Positions 35,223-45,171 of a DNA stretch of 64,000 bases are shown piece by piece. The stretch is from IMG/VR virus record IMGVR_UViG_3300042525_000901, positions 1,708-65,707 of that record. One strand, 5' to 3'. Under the pieces are notes generated by a model, which did no database searches, was not told the origin of the DNA, and saw nothing but the letters and a program-made list of their open reading frames with translations. The position numbers were made by a program, and so were the translations under genes. The DNA comes from a virus. Lineage: Duplodnaviria; Caudoviricetes. Numbering within the stretch: the first letter of the stretch is position 1; each line of letters begins with the position of its first letter.

Positions 35223-36362
35223 CTAATCCCGAATCTGTACCGGCATGACGAGGTGTGTCATTTTTGTGCCCCCGAGGGGGGTAATGATCACGGGTGAAGT
35301 GGGCGTATTGAACTGCATTTGCACCTCCGTTGATTGCAGGTTTCGCAGCGATTCCATCACGTATTTCACGTTGAAGGCGATCGTCAAGCCATTGCCAGTC
35401 AGTTGGATGTTGAGCGATTCTTTGCCACTGCCCACATCGGCAGCATCGACACTGAGGGCGAGGGTTTGGCTTTTCTCGTTGATCGTAAATTTGACGATGT
35501 TGTTCTTGCGATCAGCAATTACCGCGATCCGTTCCAGGGTGCTGAGAAGCTGACGACGATCGACCGTCATCTGGGTGGCGAACTGTTGCGGGATGAGCTG
35601 ACGATAAGCCGGATACGTCCCGTCCAGCTTGCGGCTTGTAATCCGCTGATCATCCATCTCAAACACCACCTGACTATCGTCAAAGTGCAACTTAACCGCT
35701 TCGTCACCGTTCATCTTGGCCAAAGCCCGCTCTAGTTCCCGCAACGCATTCGCCGGGATGGTGACCGCCACATCCTTTAGCGACTCATCCGCCGCTGCAT
35801 CATCATCGATCGTTTCCACCACCGCGAGACGATGCCCATCGGTTGCCGCAAACTCTAGGCCATGCTGACCCATCGACAAATGAACCCCGGTTAACACCTG
35901 TTTTGTCTCGTCACTGCTGGCGGAGAACAATGCCCCGCGCAATCCTTCGGTTAACGTCTCCGCAGCGATCTCGATCGTCTTACCGTCCTCGATCCATGGC
36001 AGTTCAGGGAATTCCTCCGAACTCATGCCGCGTAATTCGTAGTTACCGGTTAGGCAGGTGAGCGTCGTCAAGGTGGCGTCCGGCTCATTTTCCAGGGAGA
36101 TCGGGCCGTCCGGCAGGCGGGATACGATATCGTTTAGCAGTTTCGCCGGGATAGCAATCTCGCCGCTTTCGTCTACCGTCGCGGCAAAGCTGGTACGAAT
36201 TCCGAGGCTTAGGTTAAACCCAATTAGCGAGACTTGCTGCGTCGTGGAACAAGCCACAACACGAACGTTTGCCAATACCGGATGGGTCGGGCGGGATGGG
36301 ACGGCACGAAGTGCAAAACTAACAGCATCAGCAAGTTGAGAGCGATTACAAGTAAATTTCAT
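35223..36362 (-). CDS. dnaN: DNA polymerase III beta sliding clamp, cyanobacterial type
   Basis: RAVPSRPTHPVLAN, GFNLSLGI, ATDGHRL, YPAYRQLIP, IAFNVKY, LVMPVQIR. Confidence 0.97.
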   Translation of the reverse strand: MKFTCNRSQLADAVSFALRAVPSRPTHPVLANVRVVACSTTQQVSLIGFNLSLGIRTSFAATVDESGEIAIPAKLLNDIVSRLPDGPISLENEPDATLTTLTCLTGNYELRGMSSEEFPELPWIEDGKTIEIAAETLTEGLRGALFSASSDETKQVLTGVHLSMGQHGLEFAATDGHRLAVVETIDDDAAADESLKDVAVTIPANALRELERALAKMNGDEAVKLHFDDSQVVFEMDDQRITSRKLDGTYPAYRQLIPQQFATQMTVDRRQLLSTLERIAVIADRKNNIVKFTINEKSQTLALSVDAADVGSGKESLNIQLTGNGLTIAFNVKYVMESLRNLQSTEVQMQFNTPTSPVIITPLGGTKMTHLVMPVQIRD

Positions 36363-36486
36363 GTTTTGAGTTTTTGGATAGCTTGAGTGATTGCGTCAAA
36401 AGCAACAGAGCGGCATTCGGGGCTTAAGTTGAGGTAATCAAATGCGACCTCTGCTCGGTTGATCCGAAGCCGTTGGGTCAAGGCGT

Positions 36487-36897
36487 TTACGTCTCCAAAG
36501 AGGTCAGCGCATCGACCGCGATCATTAGCAAGCGCTTGGCGTCCGAGAGAATCTGGCGGGTGCGCTTCTCCCCCCAAAGCTCGATCATGATCTTTTTTGC
36601 CTCACCAGCCTCGCCACATACGGCGAATTGAGCTACGGTCATGGCACTGTCAATCATTTGCAATTTCATATCAACCGGCTGCGGCTCAGGCGTTGGAGCA
36701 ACTTGATCGCCTAGCGCGTCGCGAGCGTCTTGCAATTCCCAATCTGCTGGGAGGTTGGAAACAAATTGTGCTGGGCATTCGCTTGCCAGTAACGCAGCCT
36801 TGATCTCACTTGCACCAGCCTCTCGGACGATCGCCATTGCGATCTCCCCAGACTTGCACATCCGCATTCGATTCTTGATTTTGCCTGACAGAGCCAT
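36487..36897 (-). CDS. hypothetical protein
   Basis: start placed downstream of promoter at 36929-36950. Confidence 0.55.
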   Translation of the reverse strand: MALSGKIKNRMRMCKSGEIAMAIVREAGASEIKAALLASECPAQFVSNLPADWELQDARDALGDQVAPTPEPQPVDMKLQMIDSAMTVAQFAVCGEAGEAKKIMIELWGEKRTRQILSDAKRLLMIAVDALTSLET

Positions 36898-36994
36898 GCG
36901 CCTAACCTTTTGGTTTTGTTCTGACACCATTATACACAAAACACGCAAACTTGATTGATTACTTTGTCTGCGTGTTTTGCGATGGAATGCGGGG

Positions 36995-39900
36995 CTACAT
37001 GGCGAACATGCGAACAGCGGACGAGACTTTGACTGGCTGGCCGTTCCCGTCTGTTAGCGTGCCTAGGTGAGGCCAGAACAATGCCGTCCCTAGCTGCATG
37101 GTTCCATCTTCGTGATGCGTGAATGTGCGCGTGTAATCAGCGTGTGGCGTTGATTCAGTCGGCAGGACGGTGCTGATGGTCGTTGCGAACTCGATTATCT
37201 CGCCTTCCGGTGTGGTTAGTGTTCCGAGGTTCGCATCAGGATGAGCAATTTTCCATGATTTCGCCTTGTCGTCCCAAGCCCAAACCCAATCGACATTAGC
37301 TAGCCATGCGATCCATGTAATACCTTTTATATAGGGGTAAGTGGTTGACGTGGCACGCTCTGCAATCGGCTGTGATTCACTTGCTGTAACCGTTTCAGCC
37401 GATCCAACTGGTTCGTCGTCGTTGGATTCGTCCGGGGTGATATATTCCTGGTAAGCAGCCTCAAAACGCTTCTGGATTGCGACAACGGTTTCCCCTTCAA
37501 ATTTGTCTTCACTGAACCCGTACATCGTGGGTTCGCCTTTCTTCCCACGCGATTTGCGGGTGGGGTTGTAGCCCAGGAATCGAAGGCAAGCATGAAGGAA
37601 ACGAAGCGAATCACGGCGCACTGAAACACCAAAAGCGAGATCTACAAGGCTGCGTTGTTCGCGAGTTAGCGAGCCGTACCAAGCGTCAACATCGTCGCGA
37701 GTCCAGTCTTCCGATCTTTCAACCCATTGCATCAAATCAATCTCGGATAGCGCTTTGACTTTGAGGGTCATAAATCCCCAGTCAAACAAGAGGGTTTGCG
37801 ATCGGTCGTAGGTTCGCAGGCGCTTGGCATCATTCACGAGAGCGTAAGACGGATTGAGAAACGCGACGCGCAATTCAATGCGACGTAGGTAAGCGCGATC
37901 GTCATGCCGCACCAAGCGGACGAACTCGGGTGTAATCTCGCGACCGGGAACACGATCTTGCAGTAGCGACTTTTGAGCGCTGTAACGCAATCCAGGATCA
38001 ACGCAATCACGACGTAGAATCTCTAGTGCGTCTTCACGGTTAAGGCCGCCCGGTGCGTCCGCTTCACGCGCGGCCTCGGCATCAATAATTTCGTCTGCTA
38101 CGGCTTGACGATCCTCTTCGATTTCGTCGTCCCGTTCGGCCATGATTTTGGTGATAGTTTTGCCGTCGGCTTCCAGCGATTCGTATAGGTTGCCTGCGAG
38201 ATCAAACTTGGAGCAGTTGGCCGATGCCGTGTACTCACACCACGCCGTGAGCCACGGGTGAGAGTAGCGCTTCGTCACCGGATCAAACAGGCGCATCATG
38301 TTCGCTTGGTGGATTTCGTCAGGGCCTAGCCCGTGAGGTAGGCCATAGCGAGAATACTCAAGAATCGCGTGCAAGTTTTCGCGATTCACTTCCGACTGGC
38401 GCGACTCCAGTACGGACACAAACGGGCTGTGAGCCGCGTAGGTTTGGCCGCCGATCGCGTTGACAGCGATGAAGCGCTCAACCGGCACGCGGTAGCGACC
38501 GAGCATCTGTAGCGCGGCTTGGTGGGTTGTCTCGCCGCCCTGGAATAGGGCGTACACCCGATCAAAGTAGGGAACGGTGATCGACAATCCCGACTCAACC
38601 GAGGGCGAGCACAAATAGAAATCGTAGTCGTGAGCCAGGATGAAAGCGTCAGGATCTTGGATGAACTTTTGGGCAAGTTCCTGTAGCTCTTTCCCGTGAT
38701 CGCCACTCAATACTTTGGAGTCGATGCGTAAAGTTTTCGCGCCAAACGACTTGACTAAAAGCTCCTCAATTGAATGCAGCCAGATCCGTGATGACGATTG
38801 AATCAGGCATTTTTTGCGATCAGCAGCGGCAGAGAGTAAGTGCGTTTGCAGTGCCTCGTCACAGCCGGTACGAGTTGCTTTCCCGTTCGAGCCGATTGAC
38901 CCATCAAACCAGGTGACGGGATAAGCGATCGCGGTGTCGTATTTATTGACGTGCGCGTGAGCCTTGAACTCCTGAGAGGCGATCGCACGCACGGTGCGGA
39001 CTGATTTTGATGACGCGGCTGCATCAGCAAGAATGATGTGACGATTGCCTCGAAACAGCTCGCCCATCAATCCAAGGATTTCGCAACGGTCATTGGCGTT
39101 GATGGTTCCGCCCAGCAGTGCGTGGGGGAACACCGACTCGCATTCGTCAATGAAGACGATTGTGTTTTCGTGACTGCTACCGTCCCACCACGGCATTTCC
39201 AATTTTTTTAGGGAATCAGCGCAGAGGAACATGACGCGAGAGTTTCGCATCTGATCCAAACTGGCATCAGCTAAAACAGTCGAGCCAAACTCTGATAGAC
39301 GCTCAACCGTTTGGCGGCCAAGAGCGTTGCGGTATCCGATGACTAGCACTCGCAGTGTTGAGTCTTCTCGTAACCACTGAGCAAGCAATTCTGTCTTGCC
39401 TGTCCCCATCGGAGACTTGACTACGGTAACGCCCTTTTGACGCGGTAGGGCGATCGCACTTGACGAAAGGTAGCGGAGTTCGTGCTCGGTTGTAGGGATA
39501 TCATCAAGCCCGTCTAGTCGCCGCATTTCGCGCTTGACCTTTTCTGTGAGAATTCGCTTGCGAACATCGCGTCGGGTTTGCCCTGGTTCCCGACGCGATT
39601 CAACGTCATCAGCATCCAACACGCAGTTGGCGAACCACGTGTCTACGTCAACGAACTTGATTGAGCTTTTGGCCGCCGGGGTCTGATTCAGGAGATCGTC
39701 ATAATCAAAGCGAGATTTGTCATACCCGTGACCCCAATCGGCGATCGTGACCTCTTCCGATGCTGCATCCAGAATCGTCAGCGTCTTCCAGTCCCGCTTG
39801 GCAACCCCCGAGTTAACGAGCGAACCCGCGTCTGGGTAAAACACGACTGGTAGCTTTTGCCCCGCCATTTTGCGGATCTCTTCAATCTCGCTCATCAGCC

Positions 39901-40726
39901 ATGCAGGGCTGTTGAAGAACTGGCCACCGAAGCAGCCGACGAACACTGTCTCACCATCGAGATGGGCTGAGTAAAACGGTTTCCCTGTGCCTTCGATTAG
40001 ACCAATACGCTTGACGCGCGATCGGTCAGCAGGCCAGCACACCGTCAGCGGTTGCTCACCTGTTTCCTTGAGGTGCGGTGTCGGTGCGTTCGGGCGTTTC
40101 TTCGTGGTGCTGGAAAGGTGCTTGTACTTGCCCCCGCGCTTGTCGTTCATCGCAATCTCGAACGCGAGGATTTGACCTCGTGCGGAGAGCTTGGGCAGGA
40201 TGTAGCCCGAGCCGGGAGTGATTAGGCAATCACCGTCGATCGAGACTCCGGGCAAATTCGGATTTGTCGGGCGCACCTTTTGCCATTGAGCCACGGTGCG
40301 GAACCCAGCCTGAAATGCGATTTCCCAGGAAATACCACGACGCTTCATTTCGTCGCGATGCGCTTGCGACAATTGCAGATTGGCAATGATGTCACGGTAA
40401 AGCGAATCGCGTTCTGAAGTCGGCAGGGCGATCGCCTGACGCGCGGATTCTGTTTCCAGTACTTTTTCTCGGTTCTGGCGTCGCGATTCCGCCCAGTCGC
40501 GTTTGCGTTGCTCAATCTCTTCAGGAGATAGTGCGTTTTCATCTTTGAGCAGAACGCGAGTGATGCCAGTTGTGTCCTCACAGTCCCAACACATGAAACC
40601 GCCTTGCCCAACGGTTAGCTTGCCATCGCACAACGGGCAGTGGTATGCGTGCTTCAGCCCCCGTGGGTGAGACTCCGAGACGTAGGGTTGCAGCTCAACC
40701 AGTCGATCTGATAGAATATTAGACAT
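36995..40726 (-). CDS. replication initiator: Zn ribbon, Toprim-like (DUF3854-like) and SF2 origin-binding helicase (CyRepA1-like)
   Basis: CPLC..CWDC; LIEGTGKP...FYPDAG...D.DD Toprim-like; KSPMGTGKT, YRNALG, DECES, ADA, SPSVESGLSI, QMLGRYR; AGGAGG RBS. Confidence 0.85.
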   Translation of the reverse strand: MSNILSDRLVELQPYVSESHPRGLKHAYHCPLCDGKLTVGQGGFMCWDCEDTTGITRVLLKDENALSPEEIEQRKRDWAESRRQNREKVLETESARQAIALPTSERDSLYRDIIANLQLSQAHRDEMKRRGISWEIAFQAGFRTVAQWQKVRPTNPNLPGVSIDGDCLITPGSGYILPKLSARGQILAFEIAMNDKRGGKYKHLSSTTKKRPNAPTPHLKETGEQPLTVCWPADRSRVKRIGLIEGTGKPFYSAHLDGETVFVGCFGGQFFNSPAWLMSEIEEIRKMAGQKLPVVFYPDAGSLVNSGVAKRDWKTLTILDAASEEVTIADWGHGYDKSRFDYDDLLNQTPAAKSSIKFVDVDTWFANCVLDADDVESRREPGQTRRDVRKRILTEKVKREMRRLDGLDDIPTTEHELRYLSSSAIALPRQKGVTVVKSPMGTGKTELLAQWLREDSTLRVLVIGYRNALGRQTVERLSEFGSTVLADASLDQMRNSRVMFLCADSLKKLEMPWWDGSSHENTIVFIDECESVFPHALLGGTINANDRCEILGLMGELFRGNRHIILADAAASSKSVRTVRAIASQEFKAHAHVNKYDTAIAYPVTWFDGSIGSNGKATRTGCDEALQTHLLSAAADRKKCLIQSSSRIWLHSIEELLVKSFGAKTLRIDSKVLSGDHGKELQELAQKFIQDPDAFILAHDYDFYLCSPSVESGLSITVPYFDRVYALFQGGETTHQAALQMLGRYRVPVERFIAVNAIGGQTYAAHSPFVSVLESRQSEVNRENLHAILEYSRYGLPHGLGPDEIHQANMMRLFDPVTKRYSHPWLTAWCEYTASANCSKFDLAGNLYESLEADGKTITKIMAERDDEIEEDRQAVADEIIDAEAAREADAPGGLNREDALEILRRDCVDPGLRYSAQKSLLQDRVPGREITPEFVRLVRHDDRAYLRRIELRVAFLNPSYALVNDAKRLRTYDRSQTLLFDWGFMTLKVKALSEIDLMQWVERSEDWTRDDVDAWYGSLTREQRSLVDLAFGVSVRRDSLRFLHACLRFLGYNPTRKSRGKKGEPTMYGFSEDKFEGETVVAIQKRFEAAYQEYITPDESNDDEPVGSAETVTASESQPIAERATSTTYPYIKGITWIAWLANVDWVWAWDDKAKSWKIAHPDANLGTLTTPEGEIIEFATTISTVLPTESTPHADYTRTFTHHEDGTMQLGTALFWPHLGTLTDGNGQPVKVSSAVRMFAM
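37303..37405 (+). repeat. dispersed palindromic element, copy 5, inside the rep CDS
   Basis: GCCATGCGATCCATGTAATACCTTTTATATAGGGGTAAGTGGTTGACGTGGCA...CGTTTCAGCCG; encodes SAETVTASESQPIAERATSTTYPYIKGITWIAW on the minus strand. Confidence 0.88.
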
Positions 40727-40850
40727 TAGATAACCTCCTGTAACGCGATTCCCCGACGTAACACAACCTTCCCCGGTTGATCTTGGTTGTCCTTCACACT
40801 CTTACTTCTGAAATGACCCGCCGTTTCCTCCGGTGGGTCATTTTGTTTTT
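40688..40850 (+). ncRNA. candidate antisense RNA opposite the rep 5' leader
   Basis: TTGCAG-N18-TAGAAT with extended TG (40688-40717); terminator AAATGACCCGCCG/CGGTGGGTCATTT plus T-run (40811-40850). Confidence 0.5.
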
Positions 40851-40998
40851 GTGAATTTGTTCGTGATTTTGATGGGTTCATCCCACTCGCCTCAACCAGG
40901 GTTCCCCCATCTTACCCTGATATTCTCAAACTCAAACAAAAAAACGCTGACGATTTTGTCAACGTTTAAAAGTGTCACTTTTTGAGAATCAATGAGAA

Positions 40999-42492
40999 TC
41001 AAATCGAGCGGCTGATGATGTAGGCCGTTTCACGAGCGCGGGTGATCGCCGTGTAGCGTAGTCGGTTTCGGGTAGGGAGTTTTGCCCCTTGAAAATCATC
41101 GTCAATGACAAAAACCTTGTCAAAAGTTTGGCCGGTGGCCTTGTGTGTGGTTGATGCGTACCCATAAGAGATCGGGTCATGCATGTCTTTGAAGCGGTAC
41201 AAATCTGACCAGGCGAACCGGCGATCTTGCTTGTTTTTGATGCCCTTGATCACGTCGGTGATTTCTTTGATTGAGCGGTAGTACCAGGCCATTAAATCGT
41301 CAGGCAACTGGGTCAAGACGACCTCCTCTCCGTTCGACTTACGTCCGGTGATGTAAAAGACTTTGTTCCAGGCCATCCATTCTTTGATACGCGCGTCTTC
41401 GATAAGGGCGATCGTTTGTGGGTTCCATCGCTGTTCGCCAACCCGACGATTTATCACGCGAAACATCGTACCGTTTTGCGCGGCAAAATAGGCTTGATTG
41501 ATCAGGCTGTCCCAGCGACGAATGGGTTTGTTGGCGAGTAGGATTTCCCCCACACAGTAAGGCTCGGTGAAGCCTAGAAGCTTTGTGCGGACGAATTCGT
41601 TGGTTCGCTTCACTGTCGCGTTTGTCCACGCCACAACGCGAGCCGCGCGTGGGTGTGTGGCGCTTAGGAAGGCATCGCGCATCGTGTCGAGGATGTCTTC
41701 GCTGCGAACAAATTTGAGCGTATCGTCACCACGGAACATCACCGACAAAGTGGCCGCATTCGTTTGCGCGTTTCGTAAATCACTGCGAATATGAGTGGCG
41801 ATCGCCAATGCCGCGCCTGAGTAGCGGACAACTTCGGTTAGCGTGTATGACCATGAGATTGAAGGCGAAGCGAATGCCGATGGTTCAATCTCGCCAACCG
41901 GCGCGGGCTGTGCCGGATCGCCCATGAATAAGATGCGAGTGTGTGGTAGGGCTTGCTCTTCCAAAAAACGAACGATCTGACGGTTGAGCATCCCGCTTTC
42001 ATCTGAGATCACCAAGTCAAACAACCCGATATCTGGCACGGTTTCGGGGTCGCGTTCGCAGCGCTCGTCACCGTTGTCATCGATTTCGATTTTGAACGCG
42101 CACGCCGCCTGGATGGTGCGGAATGTGCAATAACGCGAGACGCCCGCTTGACTTGCGGTATCTCGCAAAACGTCTAATGCTGCGTGGGTTGGCGCTGCTA
42201 GCAAGATTCGGATCTCGTTTCGTTCCTCCGCACGTTTCTCGCCCGTGTGAGGGTCAAGGATGGGGATTGAATACGCCTTGAAGTTGGTAGCAGCATACTC
42301 AATCATCTGCATCGAGCATGTGGTCTTACCAGTTCCGGCGTAACCCTGTAACGCTGCGCGTTGTCCCTTGGTGGTGTCATCGTCCCACCAGTCACGAAAG
42401 CGATCAAAGACTACCTGCTGATCCGGTGTCAGCGTGATTTTGCTTTCGGCTGCGGTGGCGTCAACGGTGATAGTGTGCGTCATGTCGGTCAT
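40999..42492 (-). CDS. SF1B helicase, T4 Dda/RecD-like
   Basis: LTPDQQ, GYAGTGKT, APTHAA, DESGM, GDPAQ, LTEVVR, TTHKATGQTF, YTAITRAR. Confidence 0.92.
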   Translation of the reverse strand: MTDMTHTITVDATAAESKITLTPDQQVVFDRFRDWWDDDTTKGQRAALQGYAGTGKTTCSMQMIEYAATNFKAYSIPILDPHTGEKRAEERNEIRILLAAPTHAALDVLRDTASQAGVSRYCTFRTIQAACAFKIEIDDNGDERCERDPETVPDIGLFDLVISDESGMLNRQIVRFLEEQALPHTRILFMGDPAQPAPVGEIEPSAFASPSISWSYTLTEVVRYSGAALAIATHIRSDLRNAQTNAATLSVMFRGDDTLKFVRSEDILDTMRDAFLSATHPRAARVVAWTNATVKRTNEFVRTKLLGFTEPYCVGEILLANKPIRRWDSLINQAYFAAQNGTMFRVINRRVGEQRWNPQTIALIEDARIKEWMAWNKVFYITGRKSNGEEVVLTQLPDDLMAWYYRSIKEITDVIKGIKNKQDRRFAWSDLYRFKDMHDPISYGYASTTHKATGQTFDKVFVIDDDFQGAKLPTRNRLRYTAITRARETAYIISRSI

Positions 42493-42571
42493 TGTGCTGT
42501 CTCCCTAAAAAGAGGCCAGGATTGACAATTAGATCAACCCTGGCAATGGTCATTGTTGCGTGAAGGCTAGG

Positions 42572-43660
42572 CTAGAACGGTAGGGACTGCTCTACCACTT
42601 CCGGCACAACGGCTGTGATTGCTTCAACGGAAACAGGAGCAGACTCGACACTGGCAGACGCGATCGCCTTGACCGTGACAGGTTGCTTTTGATCAGGAAG
42701 CATTGAAAACCCATCGAAGTTAGGCAAAGGGTTCTCGCTGATATTGCCTTTAACTTTTGTGCGGATAGACTTATCCGTACGACTTTCGTACTCTTCCAAG
42801 CCAAGGATATTGAGATAAACTGGACGCGATCGATCTTTGAGTTTCCAGCCATCGTCGGTACGAACGGCTAGCGCTTCACGACCGTTTACGGGTTGCCAGC
42901 GACGGCGCAAAACTTGAGTTTCGAGCGTGCCATCCATCCAGACTTGGTCTCCGGTTGAGAGAATGCCGATCGCGCGTGGGTATTTGCCATTCTTGCCGTT
43001 GCACATGATGAACTTCATTCCGACAAGCGGAAACGTTCCTAGCCCCAATTCCGCAGCGTTATACGTGTTTCCGAACGACATTGGAGCACGCAAGAACTTG
43101 ACGGCCAGTTCGTTCGACTTTAACGCACTGGCAAGCATCGGTTTCGTGTGAGGTTCGCGTGAGTTCACGAGAACTGGAATCTCCAGGGAGACTGACTCAC
43201 CATTGATCACGACAAACGACTCGGCCTTGGCAGGGTAAAACTCGTACTCAACATCACCCAGCGTCGTAGTCTTTGTTTCGGAATCAACGATGATCGAGAA
43301 CGTAACATCTCCCACAACAACACCAGCGGGCGTACACGTCGCAGGAAACTCGTTACCACCCGACACGACGGCGGGCTGACCATCTTTGCCCAACCCTAAA
43401 CCAGCAGCCAGGATTTTCTCAACCAAACCGCAGTCGTCGGTGACAACGTTAAACAAATGCTCAACGTTGATCTCCATGTCGGTATCACCGGCCAGTAGGC
43501 CGAATGCTTGACCGATCGCGTCAGCATCCAAATCGCTTAAATCATCAATCCCAATGGGGAGGTTCTTTTTGCTGGGGGCGTAAACCTTGGACATTACCGA
43601 ACTGAGTCGGTCAAAAATGTTTGCGCTTTGCTCAATCGCATTCGTGCTTGCGTCAGTCAT
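42572..43660 (-). CDS. probable single-stranded DNA-binding/recombination protein
   Basis: next to helicase; flexible tail ending VVEQSLPF, like SSB C-termini. Confidence 0.45.
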   Translation of the reverse strand: MTDASTNAIEQSANIFDRLSSVMSKVYAPSKKNLPIGIDDLSDLDADAIGQAFGLLAGDTDMEINVEHLFNVVTDDCGLVEKILAAGLGLGKDGQPAVVSGGNEFPATCTPAGVVVGDVTFSIIVDSETKTTTLGDVEYEFYPAKAESFVVINGESVSLEIPVLVNSREPHTKPMLASALKSNELAVKFLRAPMSFGNTYNAAELGLGTFPLVGMKFIMCNGKNGKYPRAIGILSTGDQVWMDGTLETQVLRRRWQPVNGREALAVRTDDGWKLKDRSRPVYLNILGLEEYESRTDKSIRTKVKGNISENPLPNFDGFSMLPDQKQPVTVKAIASASVESAPVSVEAITAVVPEVVEQSLPF

Positions 43661-43711
43661 CTTGCTTAAGTTCTTGCATTAGTAGTGCCGATTTATTTCG
43701 GCTGTGATACC

Positions 43712-43740
43712 ACTATACACAAACGACGCAAATAACGCAA
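43712..43740 (-). promoter_or_regulatory. TTGCGT-family promoter
   Basis: TTGCGT-TATTTGCGTCGTTTGTG(17)-TATAGT. Confidence 0.7.
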
Positions 43741-43744
43741 CTAC

Positions 43745-44206
43745 TTAAGCTGACTGCTGGATAGCTTTTGCCGTGTGGCTTTGAAGGTCTCGTAGGGAGT
43801 AGGTTGTAACAGCGGAGCGCATTTGAAGTGTTGCCCATTTCTTGATAGGCATTCCGCCGATAGTCTCGCACGATCTGAAAGCAAACCGTAGTAGCGCATC
43901 GTTTCGACACGTCCATCGCGGGGCGGGAACATGCGCGGAAACCATCGCCTCAATGGGCGTTTCGTCAAACAACTTGGCAATATCGTCGGGTAGCAGCGCC
44001 GTTGTCGATTTGGTTTTGTGGGGAATCGTTAGGACTGGCGCAAACAGTCCCGTGCCGGGGTCTGTTAATTTGCCTCGTTCAAAATCTTCGATCCACTCTT
44101 CAAACGCAAGACCTAACGCCTGAGTTCGGCTCAAGTCTCCGTACTTTAAGAGTGTTGCTCTTGCGAAAACTTTTAGGGTTGGGCTTGCGACTCGGATCAG
44201 CTTCAT
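43745..44206 (-). CDS. hypothetical, possibly tandem RHH-like DNA-binding protein
   Basis: LIRVASPTLKVF...LSRTQALGLA and CRNDALLRFAF segments. Confidence 0.45.
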   Translation of the reverse strand: MKLIRVASPTLKVFARATLLKYGDLSRTQALGLAFEEWIEDFERGKLTDPGTGLFAPVLTIPHKTKSTTALLPDDIAKLFDETPIEAMVSAHVPAPRWTCRNDALLRFAFRSCETIGGMPIKKWATLQMRSAVTTYSLRDLQSHTAKAIQQSA

Positions 44207-44265
44207 GGGGTCAGGATAAGTAATGGGCTTCTCCTGAATAACCTATCGTGCATGTATAACGCAAA

Positions 44266-45027
44266 TCACCCCATCGGCATAGTTGGGATTTTGAGCGTTG
44301 AGATCATCTGCTCAGTGATGATCGATGCCGCCGGTAACATGCCTGCCCACACTAGGCTAACTTCTGAGCTTGCGTACAGCCCCCGGTAAGTTGAGTAAGG
44401 CTGAATTGAGAACCCGGCCTCATTCCACATCTCTCGGACGGACGAATCTTTCATTGACGGGTGAAACGGCACGTGGCCTTTCTCGGCGCAGCCTTGGGCG
44501 TGATACGACGTGCCACACTCAGGGCATTCAAGATGTTCAATGCGGAACCCGCCCAAGCTAACCTTTTGGACTCCGTAGCGCATCGCCTCAAGTAGTGGCG
44601 AATTCGAGGGAAGAAACGCACTCGCGAGGCATCCCCACGCCCCGCCCTCGGCACGGACGATCGCGCGGTTTTGTTCGCCATAGCCCGCCAAGTCAAGGTA
44701 CGGCGTCGGGTCGATTTGAATCGCGATCGCGTGAAAGATGATTCCGTGAATCGCTTCGACTTCCCACTCGTGATCAATCATGAATCGATTGCCGACTACG
44801 AGCTTTGCCATTTTCTCAATTTCGGTTCTATCCCATCGTTCGGCGTTGTGATTAAGCAGAGTATCCGCCACCAGAATCGGCACGATCGCGACGTCACTTG
44901 CTCCGTACGGTTCAGCATTAATCGGGCGGTATTGATTGATGAGCGCCAACGCCTCCTGACTAACTGCGTCAGAAGTTTCGTCATCTTCACTAACTCGACT
45001 TTCGGGGAATGGCTGCAAGGTGGGCAT
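44266..45027 (-). CDS. prohead protease with Zn-ribbon insertion
   Basis: FMIDHEW, KVSLGG, CPECG...C..H, SEVSLV.AG of HK97-type proteases. Confidence 0.75.
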   Translation of the reverse strand: MPTLQPFPESRVSEDDETSDAVSQEALALINQYRPINAEPYGASDVAIVPILVADTLLNHNAERWDRTEIEKMAKLVVGNRFMIDHEWEVEAIHGIIFHAIAIQIDPTPYLDLAGYGEQNRAIVRAEGGAWGCLASAFLPSNSPLLEAMRYGVQKVSLGGFRIEHLECPECGTSYHAQGCAEKGHVPFHPSMKDSSVREMWNEAGFSIQPYSTYRGLYASSEVSLVWAGMLPAASIITEQMISTLKIPTMPMG

Positions 45028-45171
45028 GGCGACAAGCTCTCATGGTTCCACCAAATTATCATCGTTTTGACGGTGACGTGATGACCTGTCGCGAGGGCGA
45101 TCGCCGCTAACCTAAACTACAATCAGCCGCCAAAATTAAGCGATCGCCCAGAACCGTCGGACGTGAGCCCA

